Shown here one piece after another: positions 9,047 through 18,293 of a DNA stretch of 64,000 nt (its first letter is position 1; each line of letters starts with the position of its first letter). Both the position numbers and the translations under genes were made by a program. This DNA comes from a bacterium (lineage in GTDB: Archaea > Thermoplasmatota > E2 > JACPAO01 > JAHFTW01). The stretch spans positions 1 through 64,000 of the forward strand of contig JAZJZE010000006.1 in NCBI GenBank assembly GCA_040390065.1, given 5' to 3'. The notes below the pieces were generated by a model that searched no databases, was not told the origin of the DNA, and saw only the letters and a program-made list of their open reading frames with translations.

Positions 9047-10021
9047 ATGACCCATGACGTGATGGTCTTCGACCCGGCCGGATTCGTGGCCGAGCAGGTC
9101 GACGCCGTGCGCAAGCAGGTCGGCAGCCGCACGGCCGTCATCGCGGTCTCCGGTGGCGTCGACTCGACCATCGCGGCCGCCATCGTCAACACGGCCGTCG
9201 GCAAACAACTGCACGCCGTCTACGTGGACACCGGCTTCATGCGCAAGGGCGAGTCGCAGCAAGTGGAGGCGATGTACAAGCGGATGGGGCTCAATCTCAC
9301 CGTCGTGCACGCGGCTGACGAGTACTTCGCCGCCCTCGCTGGCGTCACGGAACCCGAGGCCAAGCGCAAAGTCATCGGGGAGAAGTTCATCCGCATCTTC
9401 GAGCGCGAGGCAAAGAAGACGAACGCCGCCGTCCTGGTGCAAGGGACGATTGCGCCCGACTGGATCGAGTCTGGCGGCGGCAACCGCGACACCATCAAGT
9501 CGCACCACAACGTCGGCGGCCTCCCGAAGGACATGAAACTCGAACTGTGCGAGCCGCTGTACCACCTCTACAAGGACGAAGTGCGCTCTGTCGCGCGCCA
9601 CCTCAAGGTGGAAGTCGCCGAGCGCCAGCCGTTCCCCGGGCCGGGCCTGGCCGTCCGCGTCATTGGCAGCCTGACACCGCGCCGCGTCGAGATCGCCCGT
9701 GAATCCTGCGCCATCGTTGAGAAGGAGATCGAGGACGCCGTCGCCGCGGGCAAGATGAAGCGCCCATGGCAGTACTTCGCCGTCCTCACGAACACGCCCT
9801 CCGTTGGCGTCCAAGGCGACCTTCGCGCGTACGGCGAGACCGTGGCGGTGCGCGCCATCGATTCGCTCGACGCCATGACGGGCACCGCATGCCACGTCCC
9901 CTACGACGTCCTCGGCCGCATCGCCCGCGGCATCACGAACCACCCGGCCTTGAAGGACAAAGTCAACCGCGTCGTGTACGACGTCACGGACAAGCCGCCG
10001 GCGACGGTGGAATGGGAGTAG
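9047..10021 (+). CDS. guaA: GMP synthase subunit B (ATP pyrophosphatase subunit; archaeal split form)
   Basis: PP-loop SGGVDS, IKSHHNVGGLP, PFPGPGLAVR and DKPPATVEWE. No glutaminase domain. Confidence 0.93.
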   Translation: MTHDVMVFDPAGFVAEQVDAVRKQVGSRTAVIAVSGGVDSTIAAAIVNTAVGKQLHAVYVDTGFMRKGESQQVEAMYKRMGLNLTVVHAADEYFAALAGVTEPEAKRKVIGEKFIRIFEREAKKTNAAVLVQGTIAPDWIESGGGNRDTIKSHHNVGGLPKDMKLELCEPLYHLYKDEVRSVARHLKVEVAERQPFPGPGLAVRVIGSLTPRRVEIARESCAIVEKEIEDAVAAGKMKRPWQYFAVLTNTPSVGVQGDLRAYGETVAVRAIDSLDAMTGTACHVPYDVLGRIARGITNHPALKDKVNRVVYDVTDKPPATVEWE

Positions 10022-10072
10022 CGCCGCTCAGGTCGGTTGCCTCCCGGCGCGCGGGCTCCCGCCCCTGGCCCA

Positions 10073-10310
10073 CCGCGACCCCCAAGCGCTCGCGCTGATG
10101 CGCTCGCAAGTTCCCCGCCTCCCGGCGCCCCACGACCTGCAAACAGGTCGATCATTTGCGATGCCGTGCGTCGGCTTCGCCTCGCGGCATCGCGGCGGGG
10201 GGCTCCCGCCCCCCGCCCCTAGCCCCCCGGCGGGGGGCCCTTGGGCCCCCGCGACCCCCAAGCGCTCGCGCTGATGCGCTCGCACGTTCCCCGCTTCCCG
10301 GCGGCCCACG
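10073..10310. repeat. REP-like element with 62-bp direct repeat and hairpins between convergent genes
   Basis: 10073-10134 and 10249-10310 match at 59/62 positions. The intervening sequence holds hairpins (GCGATGCCG...CGGCATCGC; CGACCTG-CAAA-CAGGTCG). Confidence 0.8.
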
Positions 10311-10347
10311 CATCGGACCGTTTTGTCGGCGACGGCTGCGCGCGGCC

Positions 10348-12456
10348 CTACGCCTGGTCGTCCTTCCGGCGCCGCACCAGCACGACGGCGCCTGCAAGGG
10401 CCACCGCCACGAGCCACCCGCCATCCGGTGTGTGCTTGGCGTTCGCCGACCCCTCGAGGTCCGAGACCCTGGTCGCCTGGTCCGGGACGACGGCGGCGTT
10501 GTCCACCGTGGCAAGCAGGCGGATGAGGCTGCGCACGTTTGCGTCATCGCTCTTGACCGCATTGAGCGTCAGGTCGGCAACCGACCCAACCTTGGCGTCG
10601 GCAGGCGCGGTGACCGCGACGGCGATGACGTGCTTGTCGCCGGCGGAAAGGTGCAGCGTCGTGTCGCCGACGATGTGCGCCCACTCGACGTTCGTCCCCG
10701 CAAGCTCCACGTTGAAGTCGGCGCCATCCTTACCCGCCATTTCGGCCGTGACCTCGAAAAGGGCGGTCTTGCCCGGGTTGACGAGTTGCTGCTGGCCTCC
10801 CGTCGCGTACAGGTCGACGCCGGAGAGCGCCGCGAAGTACTGGTTCACCTTGTCGTGGTATTCCGCCAAGGGCAACTGGAAGAGCGTGCCGTCGGCTACC
10901 GTCGGCGGCGACAGGAGGCCGTTGCCGAAGAAGGGCGGCGAGACCTCCTCGTAGAAGGCGATGATGAGCGCCATGTGGATGCCGGGGCGGTACTCGAGGC
11001 GGTCGCCGTATGCCAGCGGCCGCACCGGGAGCGTGACCTGCAACGGCGTGTTCGCCTGCATCTGCAACGGCGCGCTACGCTGCATGGCGGCAATGGCTTC
11101 CTTCGGCGCCTCGTAGACGCAGGAGCTCGGCGCCTCGTCGCCGTACCACACGACGAAGTAGCCCCCGACAGAGTAGAGGCCCGGCGACGGTGTCGAACTC
11201 ATGAGATTCACGATGGCCGTGCCGTTGCCCTTCATGTCGACGTCGACGCCGATGCCGAGGTCGGGGACGAGGGGCACCATCTGGCCTTCGCCGCTCGCGG
11301 ATCCGCCGCTGAAGCCACACGTGTAGCTGCTCGGCGGCGACGTCTTCTCATCCGGGGGAACCTCTGCCGTCTCGAGCGTGTTGATGAACGGGGCGCCCGA
11401 CCCCGTGTGCCAGTAGACCTTGTTGTGGTGGCCGGCCGGTTGCGGGACCTTGGTGTAGCGCACGCCCAACTCGATGTTGGCGTGGCTGAGGGGGTCGCTG
11501 CGCGACTGGAACGTCACGTTGACCGAATAGTACGCGCCGTGGATGTGCTGGAATGGCACGGTCACGAGCACCGGAACCGTCGTCTCCTCGCCGTCGCCGA
11601 GCCTGACCTCCTTCTGCGGGAACGTGAGCGTCCAGTTCGGCGGCGTGCTGTTTGTGCGCACCTCAATCGTGTCGGGGTGGTCGGCCTTGTTGCGGACCTT
11701 GACCTCGTATAGGAACGTCGTCGCCTCGCCGTTGGAGATGCGCACCGGGTCGGCGATCTTGGCAAGCACGGTGCCCGTTTCGCTGCCGCCGAAGAGCACG
11801 ACCCAGGGCGTCGTTCCGACACCGTTGTCGGGCATCAGGTCGAGGCCGCTCACAGTCCCGCCGCTAAACGCATTGGCAAAGTCGTCGCCGGTCGTGCGAC
11901 CCGTCCCGGCAAACTCGGAGAGGGTGTCGCCGCGCAGGAGCGGTGCGCCGTCGACGCCGACGAGGAGGTGGCGGTCGACGAGGAACGTGATCGTGTTGTT
12001 GGTGGGGCTGGCGATGGCCGGGAGACCCTCGGAGCCCGTGTAGTAGCCGTACGTCGGGTCCTTCTGTTGGAGGTAGCCGTACGAGGTGCCGCTGTCGGCG
12101 TTGTAGGCGGCGTGGATGCGGTAGAACGAGCCACGCGCCGTGAAGTCGACGGTGTAGTACGCGTTGTCCACGATGGGCTCGGTGCTGTCGGCCAGCGCCT
12201 TGACGCCCAGCACGACCGTGAATGTCTTCGCCTGCTCGGAGACGTCGAGCGACAGCAGGTCGGCGGCATCCCAACGGGAGACGGGAGTCGGCTGGCCTGC
12301 AGCATGCATGACGTGGTCGCCGGCGTTGTCGGAGAGGACACGCAGGGCCCCCGGGGGCGCAGCGGGGGCGTCCGCGGCCCGGCCCGTCACGGGCATGGCG
12401 AACAACAGGACGATGGCGACCGCGGCCAGGCGAAGCATGCGCGGCAGTCCCGGCAT
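10348..12456 (-). CDS. secreted Ig-like-domain surface protein with PGF-CTERM-like anchor
   Basis: Signal peptide, NEW3/NPCBM-associated-like segments (EVKVRN..D...W...LGDGEETTVPVLVTVP) and C-terminal HTPDGG-TM-RRRK. Confidence 0.7.
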   Translation of the reverse strand: MPGLPRMLRLAAVAIVLLFAMPVTGRAADAPAAPPGALRVLSDNAGDHVMHAAGQPTPVSRWDAADLLSLDVSEQAKTFTVVLGVKALADSTEPIVDNAYYTVDFTARGSFYRIHAAYNADSGTSYGYLQQKDPTYGYYTGSEGLPAIASPTNNTITFLVDRHLLVGVDGAPLLRGDTLSEFAGTGRTTGDDFANAFSGGTVSGLDLMPDNGVGTTPWVVLFGGSETGTVLAKIADPVRISNGEATTFLYEVKVRNKADHPDTIEVRTNSTPPNWTLTFPQKEVRLGDGEETTVPVLVTVPFQHIHGAYYSVNVTFQSRSDPLSHANIELGVRYTKVPQPAGHHNKVYWHTGSGAPFINTLETAEVPPDEKTSPPSSYTCGFSGGSASGEGQMVPLVPDLGIGVDVDMKGNGTAIVNLMSSTPSPGLYSVGGYFVVWYGDEAPSSCVYEAPKEAIAAMQRSAPLQMQANTPLQVTLPVRPLAYGDRLEYRPGIHMALIIAFYEEVSPPFFGNGLLSPPTVADGTLFQLPLAEYHDKVNQYFAALSGVDLYATGGQQQLVNPGKTALFEVTAEMAGKDGADFNVELAGTNVEWAHIVGDTTLHLSAGDKHVIAVAVTAPADAKVGSVADLTLNAVKSDDANVRSLIRLLATVDNAAVVPDQATRVSDLEGSANAKHTPDGGWLVAVALAGAVVLVRRRKDDQA

Positions 12457-12524
12457 CCCGGCATGAGCTTTTCGGTGGATGGGATTGACCCTCGAAGCAG
12501 GCGTGGCGCTGCGCCGGAACGATT

Positions 12525-14162
12525 ATGATGCGCCAAACCCCCGTCGTGGCCGTGGTGGACGCAGGACGCATCGGAGCCATCCTTGTCTTGGCTTGCACCG
12601 TCATCGCAGGATGCTCCGGGTCGCATGAGTCCCGGCCAAGGGCAACCTCCGCCGTGCCTGCCGCATCCACCTTCCCCGTGCGCTGCGTCGTGGTGGATGC
12701 CCGCGACGCGGCCATCGGGCAAGCCCATTGCCAGTTCCGCCTTGGAACCCTCGACGTCCGCGTCCCCGTCGCGGCGGACGGCGTCGCGACGCAGGATGTC
12801 GCCCTGGGAGCGTCAGGCTCCCTGCAAGCCGGCGCCGCCGGTTTCGTCGACAAGACGGTGACGCTGACGGTGGACGGCCCAAAGACCATCCGTTTCATCC
12901 TCGAACCCTCAACGCCGGTTGCGCCCCCGACGACCACGGACCCCAGTATCACACCGCCGGCAAATCATTCTCAGCCTGTCGGCCCGAGCCGGACGTGGGG
13001 CGCGCCCGTGACCGTCGTCGCGAACCCGGATGGCGGCTACGTGAGCGAGCCGCAACTCGTGGTCGACGGCAAGGGCCGCGTCCTCTACTCGCCCAACTCG
13101 TACGGAACTGGCCCTTACCGCAGCACCGACGGCGGCCGGACCTTCCAGGACATTGGCGCCAACCTCAAGTCGCCGCTGCCGACGACGCGCACCGACTCGT
13201 CCGTCTCCTTGGCGCCCGACGGCTCGCTGTGGTACGCGCGATCGACGGTGGACACGACAAACGTCCTCGGCTGCACCTCGACGGATTTTGGTGACTCCTG
13301 GACCTGCGACGCCGCGGCGATGCCAGGCGTGACGGACCGCATGTGGACCGTCGGCGTCGACGCCAAGACCGGATACCTGGGCGGCTTGGAGCCAAACCTC
13401 TACTCCTACCTCGTGCCGCAGGTCTACTTCTACTACCAGGCATGGTTCGCGACGACGGACGGCAGCACGGCGTATGCGCCATACGGCACGACGACCGACC
13501 GCGCCTGGCCACCCGGCAACATGGTCTACGACGCCGTGCACAAGCAGGTCTGGCAAGTCGAGACCTACGCGGGAAAACTCAGCGTCGCGCGCGTCGACGA
13601 CGCAACGGGCCTTGTGACCTGGCAGGACACTGGCGTTCCGGATACGGCCGCCATCCCGTGGATCGCGGCGGCAGACGGCGTGCTTTGGACGACGGGGGAG
13701 CCAAAGAGGTCCGACGGCAGCCACGGTCTCGTCGTGGCGCGCAGCACGGACCAGGCGGCGACATGGAAGCAACTTGCCATCCCCACGACGGCCAAGACCG
13801 TCGCGTTCAGCTACTCCGCGGCCGCGCCAGGTGGTCGCGTGGCCGTCGCCTTCTACGGCAGCGACGTTGCCCGCCCGCCTGGAGACAATGGTGGAAACTG
13901 GAGCCTGTACGTGGTGGAAACGCAAGACGCGCTGGCAGCCAATCCGACGTGGGTCGAGACGCGCGTCGTGCCACTCGTGCACGTCGGCAGCATCTGTACG
14001 GGTGCGAGTTGCGAATCCACGGGGACGGACCCCTACGCGCGCTACAGCCTTGACATGATCGGCATCGCCCTCGACGGCGACGGCAACGCCCACGTGGCGT
14101 ACGTCGACGATTTGGACGGGCACCGCATCCACGACGACTACGTGCGCCAGACCGTGCCGTAG
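12525..14162 (+). CDS. lipoprotein with BNR/Asp-box (sialidase-like) beta-propeller
   Basis: IAGC lipobox and Asp-boxes RSTDGGRTF, STDFGDSW, RSTDQAATW. The true start may be a GTG about 30 bp downstream. Confidence 0.75.
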   Translation: MMRQTPVVAVVDAGRIGAILVLACTVIAGCSGSHESRPRATSAVPAASTFPVRCVVVDARDAAIGQAHCQFRLGTLDVRVPVAADGVATQDVALGASGSLQAGAAGFVDKTVTLTVDGPKTIRFILEPSTPVAPPTTTDPSITPPANHSQPVGPSRTWGAPVTVVANPDGGYVSEPQLVVDGKGRVLYSPNSYGTGPYRSTDGGRTFQDIGANLKSPLPTTRTDSSVSLAPDGSLWYARSTVDTTNVLGCTSTDFGDSWTCDAAAMPGVTDRMWTVGVDAKTGYLGGLEPNLYSYLVPQVYFYYQAWFATTDGSTAYAPYGTTTDRAWPPGNMVYDAVHKQVWQVETYAGKLSVARVDDATGLVTWQDTGVPDTAAIPWIAAADGVLWTTGEPKRSDGSHGLVVARSTDQAATWKQLAIPTTAKTVAFSYSAAAPGGRVAVAFYGSDVARPPGDNGGNWSLYVVETQDALAANPTWVETRVVPLVHVGSICTGASCESTGTDPYARYSLDMIGIALDGDGNAHVAYVDDLDGHRIHDDYVRQTVP

Positions 14163-14163
14163 C

Positions 14164-15384
14164 CTAGGCCTTTCGCGTCATGGCGACAGCCTTCTTGCCG
14201 CGCACGTCGACCTTGTGCACCGGCCGCCTTTCCAGGGCGCGCAGGATATCCGCCAGAAGCACGTCGGTGCCCTCGATGCCAACGCTCAGGCGGACCAAGC
14301 CGGGCGTGATGCCGGCTTTCTTGCGCGTCTCCTCCTTCATCGCGCTGTGCGTCGTGCTCGCGGGGTGGCAGGCGAGCGACTCGTAGCCGCCGAGGCTCAC
14401 GGCGCGGGCGAACACCTGCAGCCGGTCGAGGAAGCGCATGGCCGCACTCTGCGAGTCGAGGTCGAGCGTGAAGACGGAGCAGCCCGCCGCCATCTGCTTC
14501 TGCGCCACCTTGTAGTCCGGGTGCCCGGTCAGGAGCGGGTGGCTGACCTTGAGGCCCTCGGCGGACAGCGTGCCGACGATCTCCATCGTCGACGCGACGG
14601 CGGCCTCGAAGCGCACTTTCAGAGTCTGGGCGCCGCGCAGGCAAAGCCAGGCCGTGTCCGCGTCGAGGATGGCGCCAGCATCCTTGCGCCAGTCCCACGC
14701 CTTGGCAACAAGGCTGGCCTTGCCCATGACGGCGCCGGCGAGCAGGTCGCTGTGGCCGTTCACGCCCTTCGTGAGGCTGTGGACGACGAGGTCGCATCCG
14801 AGGTCGAGGGGGCGCTGGCCAAGCGGCGTGCAGAACGTGTTGTCGACGACGACGAGGCCGCCAGCCTTGTGGGCCAACTGCGCGGCGCGTTGCAGGTCGA
14901 CGAGGCGCAGCGTCGGGTTCATGGGTGTCTCGATGAAGACGACGTCGACGTGCGAGCCGATGGCGCGTTCCAGGGATTTCGGGTCCGACGTGTCGGCCTC
15001 GATGACGTCGACGCCCCAGGCCTTGAGCTTCTTGATGAGGGTGTGCGTGCAGCCGTAGACGCACGGGTCGGCGACGAGTTTGGCCCCGGGCTTGAGGAGT
15101 CCCATGAGCGCGCAGTGGACAGCCCCCATGCCACTTGCAGTCGCGATGCAGGCTTCGGCGCCTTCCAGCTTGGCAAGGTGGTCTTCGAGCGCGCGCACCG
15201 TCGGATTCTCCATGCGGCTGTAGAACAGGCCCGGCTCCCCCTCGGCGCCGCCTGCGACGGCGAAACGGCGGGCTCCTTCCGCGGCCGTGGGATACGTGAA
15301 GGTGCTGGAGCGCACGATGGGCGGATTGACCGCTCCAAACGGATGGTCTTGCGCGCGCTCGTTGGTGTGTCCCCGCCCCGCCAT
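14164..15384 (-). CDS. mgl: methionine gamma-lyase (Cys/Met PLP-dependent family)
   Basis: YSRMENPT, ASGMGA, YGCT (MGL-type Cys), ETPMNP, DNTF, HSLTK..NGHSD (PLP lysine) and AVSLG..ESL. Confidence 0.85.
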   Translation of the reverse strand: MAGRGHTNERAQDHPFGAVNPPIVRSSTFTYPTAAEGARRFAVAGGAEGEPGLFYSRMENPTVRALEDHLAKLEGAEACIATASGMGAVHCALMGLLKPGAKLVADPCVYGCTHTLIKKLKAWGVDVIEADTSDPKSLERAIGSHVDVVFIETPMNPTLRLVDLQRAAQLAHKAGGLVVVDNTFCTPLGQRPLDLGCDLVVHSLTKGVNGHSDLLAGAVMGKASLVAKAWDWRKDAGAILDADTAWLCLRGAQTLKVRFEAAVASTMEIVGTLSAEGLKVSHPLLTGHPDYKVAQKQMAAGCSVFTLDLDSQSAAMRFLDRLQVFARAVSLGGYESLACHPASTTHSAMKEETRKKAGITPGLVRLSVGIEGTDVLLADILRALERRPVHKVDVRGKKAVAMTRKA

Positions 15385-15454
15385 GCCCGGGAAGCCCAGA
15401 TGGCCCAGATGACCCTTTCGAGAGGGGCTGGACCGGCTCATGTTGGGCAGCACG

Positions 15455-15964
15455 TCAGGCGCACGGGGATTGCGCCCCGGTTCGCTGCCCGATGGCGGCC
15501 ACGATGGCCTGGAATTCATCGACCGCCGTCTGTTCCGCAACGTCACCGCGGTCCAGGCCGAAAAGAACGTACCACTTTCCCTTGCTGAGGGCATTATCGA
15601 ATCGGCCGGTTCCGCCCAGGCACTCGAACTTGGCGGCCGAGCAGAATCCCGAGCCCGACACCGAGGAAAGGTCGGCCACGGTGGCCCACATCCGGGTTGC
15701 GTTGTGGCCTGCTTTGCCATAGAAGGCGCCGAATACCTGGTCTGGAGGGTCGGACCCCATGGCCGCGCAATGGCCAGTTCCTGGATTGGTGGTTGCATCT
15801 GGAAGGACAGCGCGAACGGACGGATCCGACGCCGCGACCAGGAGCCAGCCTGGGGCCTCGCCAGGCAGGGGAAGGAAATCGGTGGCGGATGCGTCTTGGC
15901 TGATTGGCGCCTTTGCCCCGCAACCGGAAAGAACCATCGCCAGGAGAAGGCCTGCCATCGACAT
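15455..15964 (-). CDS. hypothetical lipoprotein
   Basis: MAGLLLAMVLSGC lipobox. Start uncertain. Confidence 0.6.
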   Translation of the reverse strand: MSMAGLLLAMVLSGCGAKAPISQDASATDFLPLPGEAPGWLLVAASDPSVRAVLPDATTNPGTGHCAAMGSDPPDQVFGAFYGKAGHNATRMWATVADLSSVSGSGFCSAAKFECLGGTGRFDNALSKGKWYVLFGLDRGDVAEQTAVDEFQAIVAAIGQRTGAQSPCA

Positions 15965-15999
15965 CCGTTTCAGCACAAGATCTCGACCGCCGGGGCGCA

Positions 16000-17004
16000 T
16001 TAGAATGATTCCGTTTCCCACGCGACTTCGTCCTTCGTCATCTGCAGCGATGTGGCCCCGCCGAGGTAGCGCGCCTCGACGTCCTTGAGCTGGTGGTAGA
16101 TGTCCTCGGACGCAAAGGCCGGATGCCCAAGGCGTCGGGCGAGTCGCACGAGGCGGCCGCTGATCTGTTCGACCTCCGTAGGCTTCTGGGCCGCAAGGTC
16201 CTGCACCATGGAGTTGCGGTTGGCGCGCGTGCGCCCGAGGGTCTCGCGCACGACCTCGACGAGGCCGGCGGGAGTTGATACGTCCGGAAGTGGAACGCCC
16301 GCTGCGCGCGCAACGGCGAAGCCTTCCTGCGCCAGGTCATGGCATGTGCGCCACCAAGATCCGTCCAAGACCTGGCCATTGCTCAGGCCGTGGATGGCGG
16401 CAAGTGGATTGACGGCGTGGTTGACGAGGGCCTTGCGCCACACGGCCGAGCGCATGTCGGCCTGCGAAACTGGCTCGAGTCCGGCATCGGCCAAGAGGGA
16501 CGAGGCCCGTTCGGCCGCCGCCGTCGACGCGGCGTCCAGCGGTCCCACGAAGGTCCCGCCCACGCCGGCGTGCACAAGGACCCCCGGCCGCTCGACCATG
16601 ACGCCGTGGCTGGTGATGGCGACGGCCACGCGGGAGGGCGGCACGAAGCGCGCGAGCTTGGCCCCGTTGCCGAAGCCGTTTTGCAGGCTGACGGCGACGC
16701 CGTCGTCCGCCAGAAGGGCGGCCACGTCTTTGGCGAGCGCGGCCGTGGCGTGGGCCTTGCACGTCAGCACGATTGCGTCGTACCGGCGCGTGGCCTGGCT
16801 CGGCGATGTGATGCATTCGACGTGTCCGTGCAGGCTGGTGGCGCCGTGGATCTGCAGGCCGTCCTTCCGGATCGCGGCAGCGTGTGTTTCCCGGGTCAGC
16901 AGCGTGACAAGGTGGCCGCCCTGCTGCAGGCGGGCGCCGATGAATTGGCCGATGGCGCCGGCGCCGGCAACGAGGATGTCGCGCGGGTCGCGGCCGCCAC
17001 TCAT
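16000..17004 (-). CDS. panE: 2-dehydropantoate (ketopantoate) reductase
   Basis: GAGAIG Rossmann motif, CKAH, SLQNG, WRKALVN, NSMVQD and TEVEQISG. Confidence 0.9.
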   Translation of the reverse strand: MSGGRDPRDILVAGAGAIGQFIGARLQQGGHLVTLLTRETHAAAIRKDGLQIHGATSLHGHVECITSPSQATRRYDAIVLTCKAHATAALAKDVAALLADDGVAVSLQNGFGNGAKLARFVPPSRVAVAITSHGVMVERPGVLVHAGVGGTFVGPLDAASTAAAERASSLLADAGLEPVSQADMRSAVWRKALVNHAVNPLAAIHGLSNGQVLDGSWWRTCHDLAQEGFAVARAAGVPLPDVSTPAGLVEVVRETLGRTRANRNSMVQDLAAQKPTEVEQISGRLVRLARRLGHPAFASEDIYHQLKDVEARYLGGATSLQMTKDEVAWETESF

Positions 17005-17999
17005 GGCGACACCGTGCGGTGCATGGACGTGATGGAGTCCACCGTCTCACGCGATGCGTCGTCGAGGATGGACGCCGGCCAATCCATGCCTTCGAGGCCG
17101 AGGCGCGCGCCCACCATTGCGACCTCCCGCGCGTCGAGGCCGCAGACGGGCCGCAGGATTGGCAAGGGCAGGCCCATGAGGAGTTCGGAGGCAATCGTCT
17201 CGCCTGTTGCGACGGCGTCACAACGCGTCCGTTGCGCGACGCGGCAGGCCGCCTCGAGAAGCACACGTTTGGAGACGGAGCCCGTGCATACGGGAAGCAA
17301 GTCGATGTCCTTCGGCATGCCCCAGCGCGCCAGCGACGCCACGGCGTCGACAGGGACGGATCCGGTGTCGCCGGCGTGAACGGGGATGATGCGGCACCCG
17401 CGCCGCATGAGGAGCCACGCAGACACGCAGGATGCCGCATCGGAGAGCAGGAGGACGACCTTGCCCTGCGTGCCAAGCGGGATGCCCCCGGGTCCGTCAA
17501 GCTCGTGCGTGAAGAGGTACGCCTTGTCCTGCCGCACGTCGATGTGAAGCTCAAAGTCCGGCTTGGTCAACTGCACCTTTGGTTTGCGCCCGGCGGCCTC
17601 CGCTGCGACGAACACGGCGCTGCCGGCCTTGACTTGCACATCTTGGCTGGAGAAGGTGTGCTGCCCCTCACGGCGGGCCCGGATGGCAAACGTCGTCCAA
17701 GGCGACAGCAGGGCGAGGTTCGCAGCGGCCTCGCAGATGCCCTCCATCTTCGCCGGCACCAGAAGGCACGGACTCGCGGAGACCACGCCAAACGTCATCG
17801 TCGCCACGCGGCACAACGCGTCGGCGTCCGGTCCCTGCATCCACAACCGCGCCCCGCGCCGCTGCACGTCGCCCTCGACGCCATGGCGCAGAAGTCCGTC
17901 AACGAGGTTGGCCCGCAGGCGTTCCAGCATGGCGCCCCGCACCGGGGCCGACTTGATGCCGATCTCGCCGAAACGGACGAGGACGCCATCCCAGGCCAT
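17001..17999 (-). CDS. thiI: ThiI-like THUMP-domain protein with degenerate PP-loop
   Basis: VRFGEIGIKS, FGVVSASP, TFAIRARR.G.H.FSS and GPGGIPLGTQGKV, but LLSDAAS replaces LLSGGxDS. Confidence 0.75.
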   Translation of the reverse strand: MAWDGVLVRFGEIGIKSAPVRGAMLERLRANLVDGLLRHGVEGDVQRRGARLWMQGPDADALCRVATMTFGVVSASPCLLVPAKMEGICEAAANLALLSPWTTFAIRARREGQHTFSSQDVQVKAGSAVFVAAEAAGRKPKVQLTKPDFELHIDVRQDKAYLFTHELDGPGGIPLGTQGKVVLLLSDAASCVSAWLLMRRGCRIIPVHAGDTGSVPVDAVASLARWGMPKDIDLLPVCTGSVSKRVLLEAACRVAQRTRCDAVATGETIASELLMGLPLPILRPVCGLDAREVAMVGARLGLEGMDWPASILDDASRETVDSITSMHRTVSP

Positions 18000-18053
18000 T
18001 GCCACGCCGACCTCCGACGCGTTCATAACAAGAACCCTTGTCGAGACATCTGC

Positions 18054-18088
18054 GCACGCGTACCCAAGCGGTCAACGGGAACCGGCTC
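18054..18088 (+). repeat. duplicate 5' half of tRNA-Leu
   Basis: 34/35 identical to 18192-18226 and ends at the first anticodon base. Confidence 0.9.
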
Positions 18089-18191
18089 CCCCTACGGCTC
18101 CGCAAGCGGGGCCGCACGGTCCGCCCGCTTCGCGGCTGACCCGTTTCCCGTGGCCGGCTTTTTGTACGACGTGGGCGTCGCAAGCTCCGCC

Positions 18192-18273
18192 GCACGCGTA
18201 CCCAAGCGGCCAACGGGAACCGGCTCAAGATCGGTTGCTTCGTGCTTCACAGGTTCGAATCCTGTCGCGTGCA
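18192..18273 (+). tRNA. tRNA-Leu (CAA), intronless, CCA not encoded
   Basis: Acceptor stem GCACGCG/CGCGTGC plus discriminator A, anticodon stem ACCGG/TCGGT with loop CTCAAGA, a variable arm, and T-arm ACAGG-TTCGAAT-CCTGT. Confidence 0.93.
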
Positions 18274-18293
18274 TTCTCCGGCGGCTGGGGCCG

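Noticed and set aside
18089-18191. Integrated provirus/island at tRNA-Leu
   Set aside because: Only 103 bp separate the two tRNA 5' copies, and no integrase is present in the window.
18054-18273. Intron-containing or split tRNA
   Set aside because: The downstream copy is already a complete intronless tRNA, and I could not identify a bulge-helix-bulge joining the upstream half to a 3' half.
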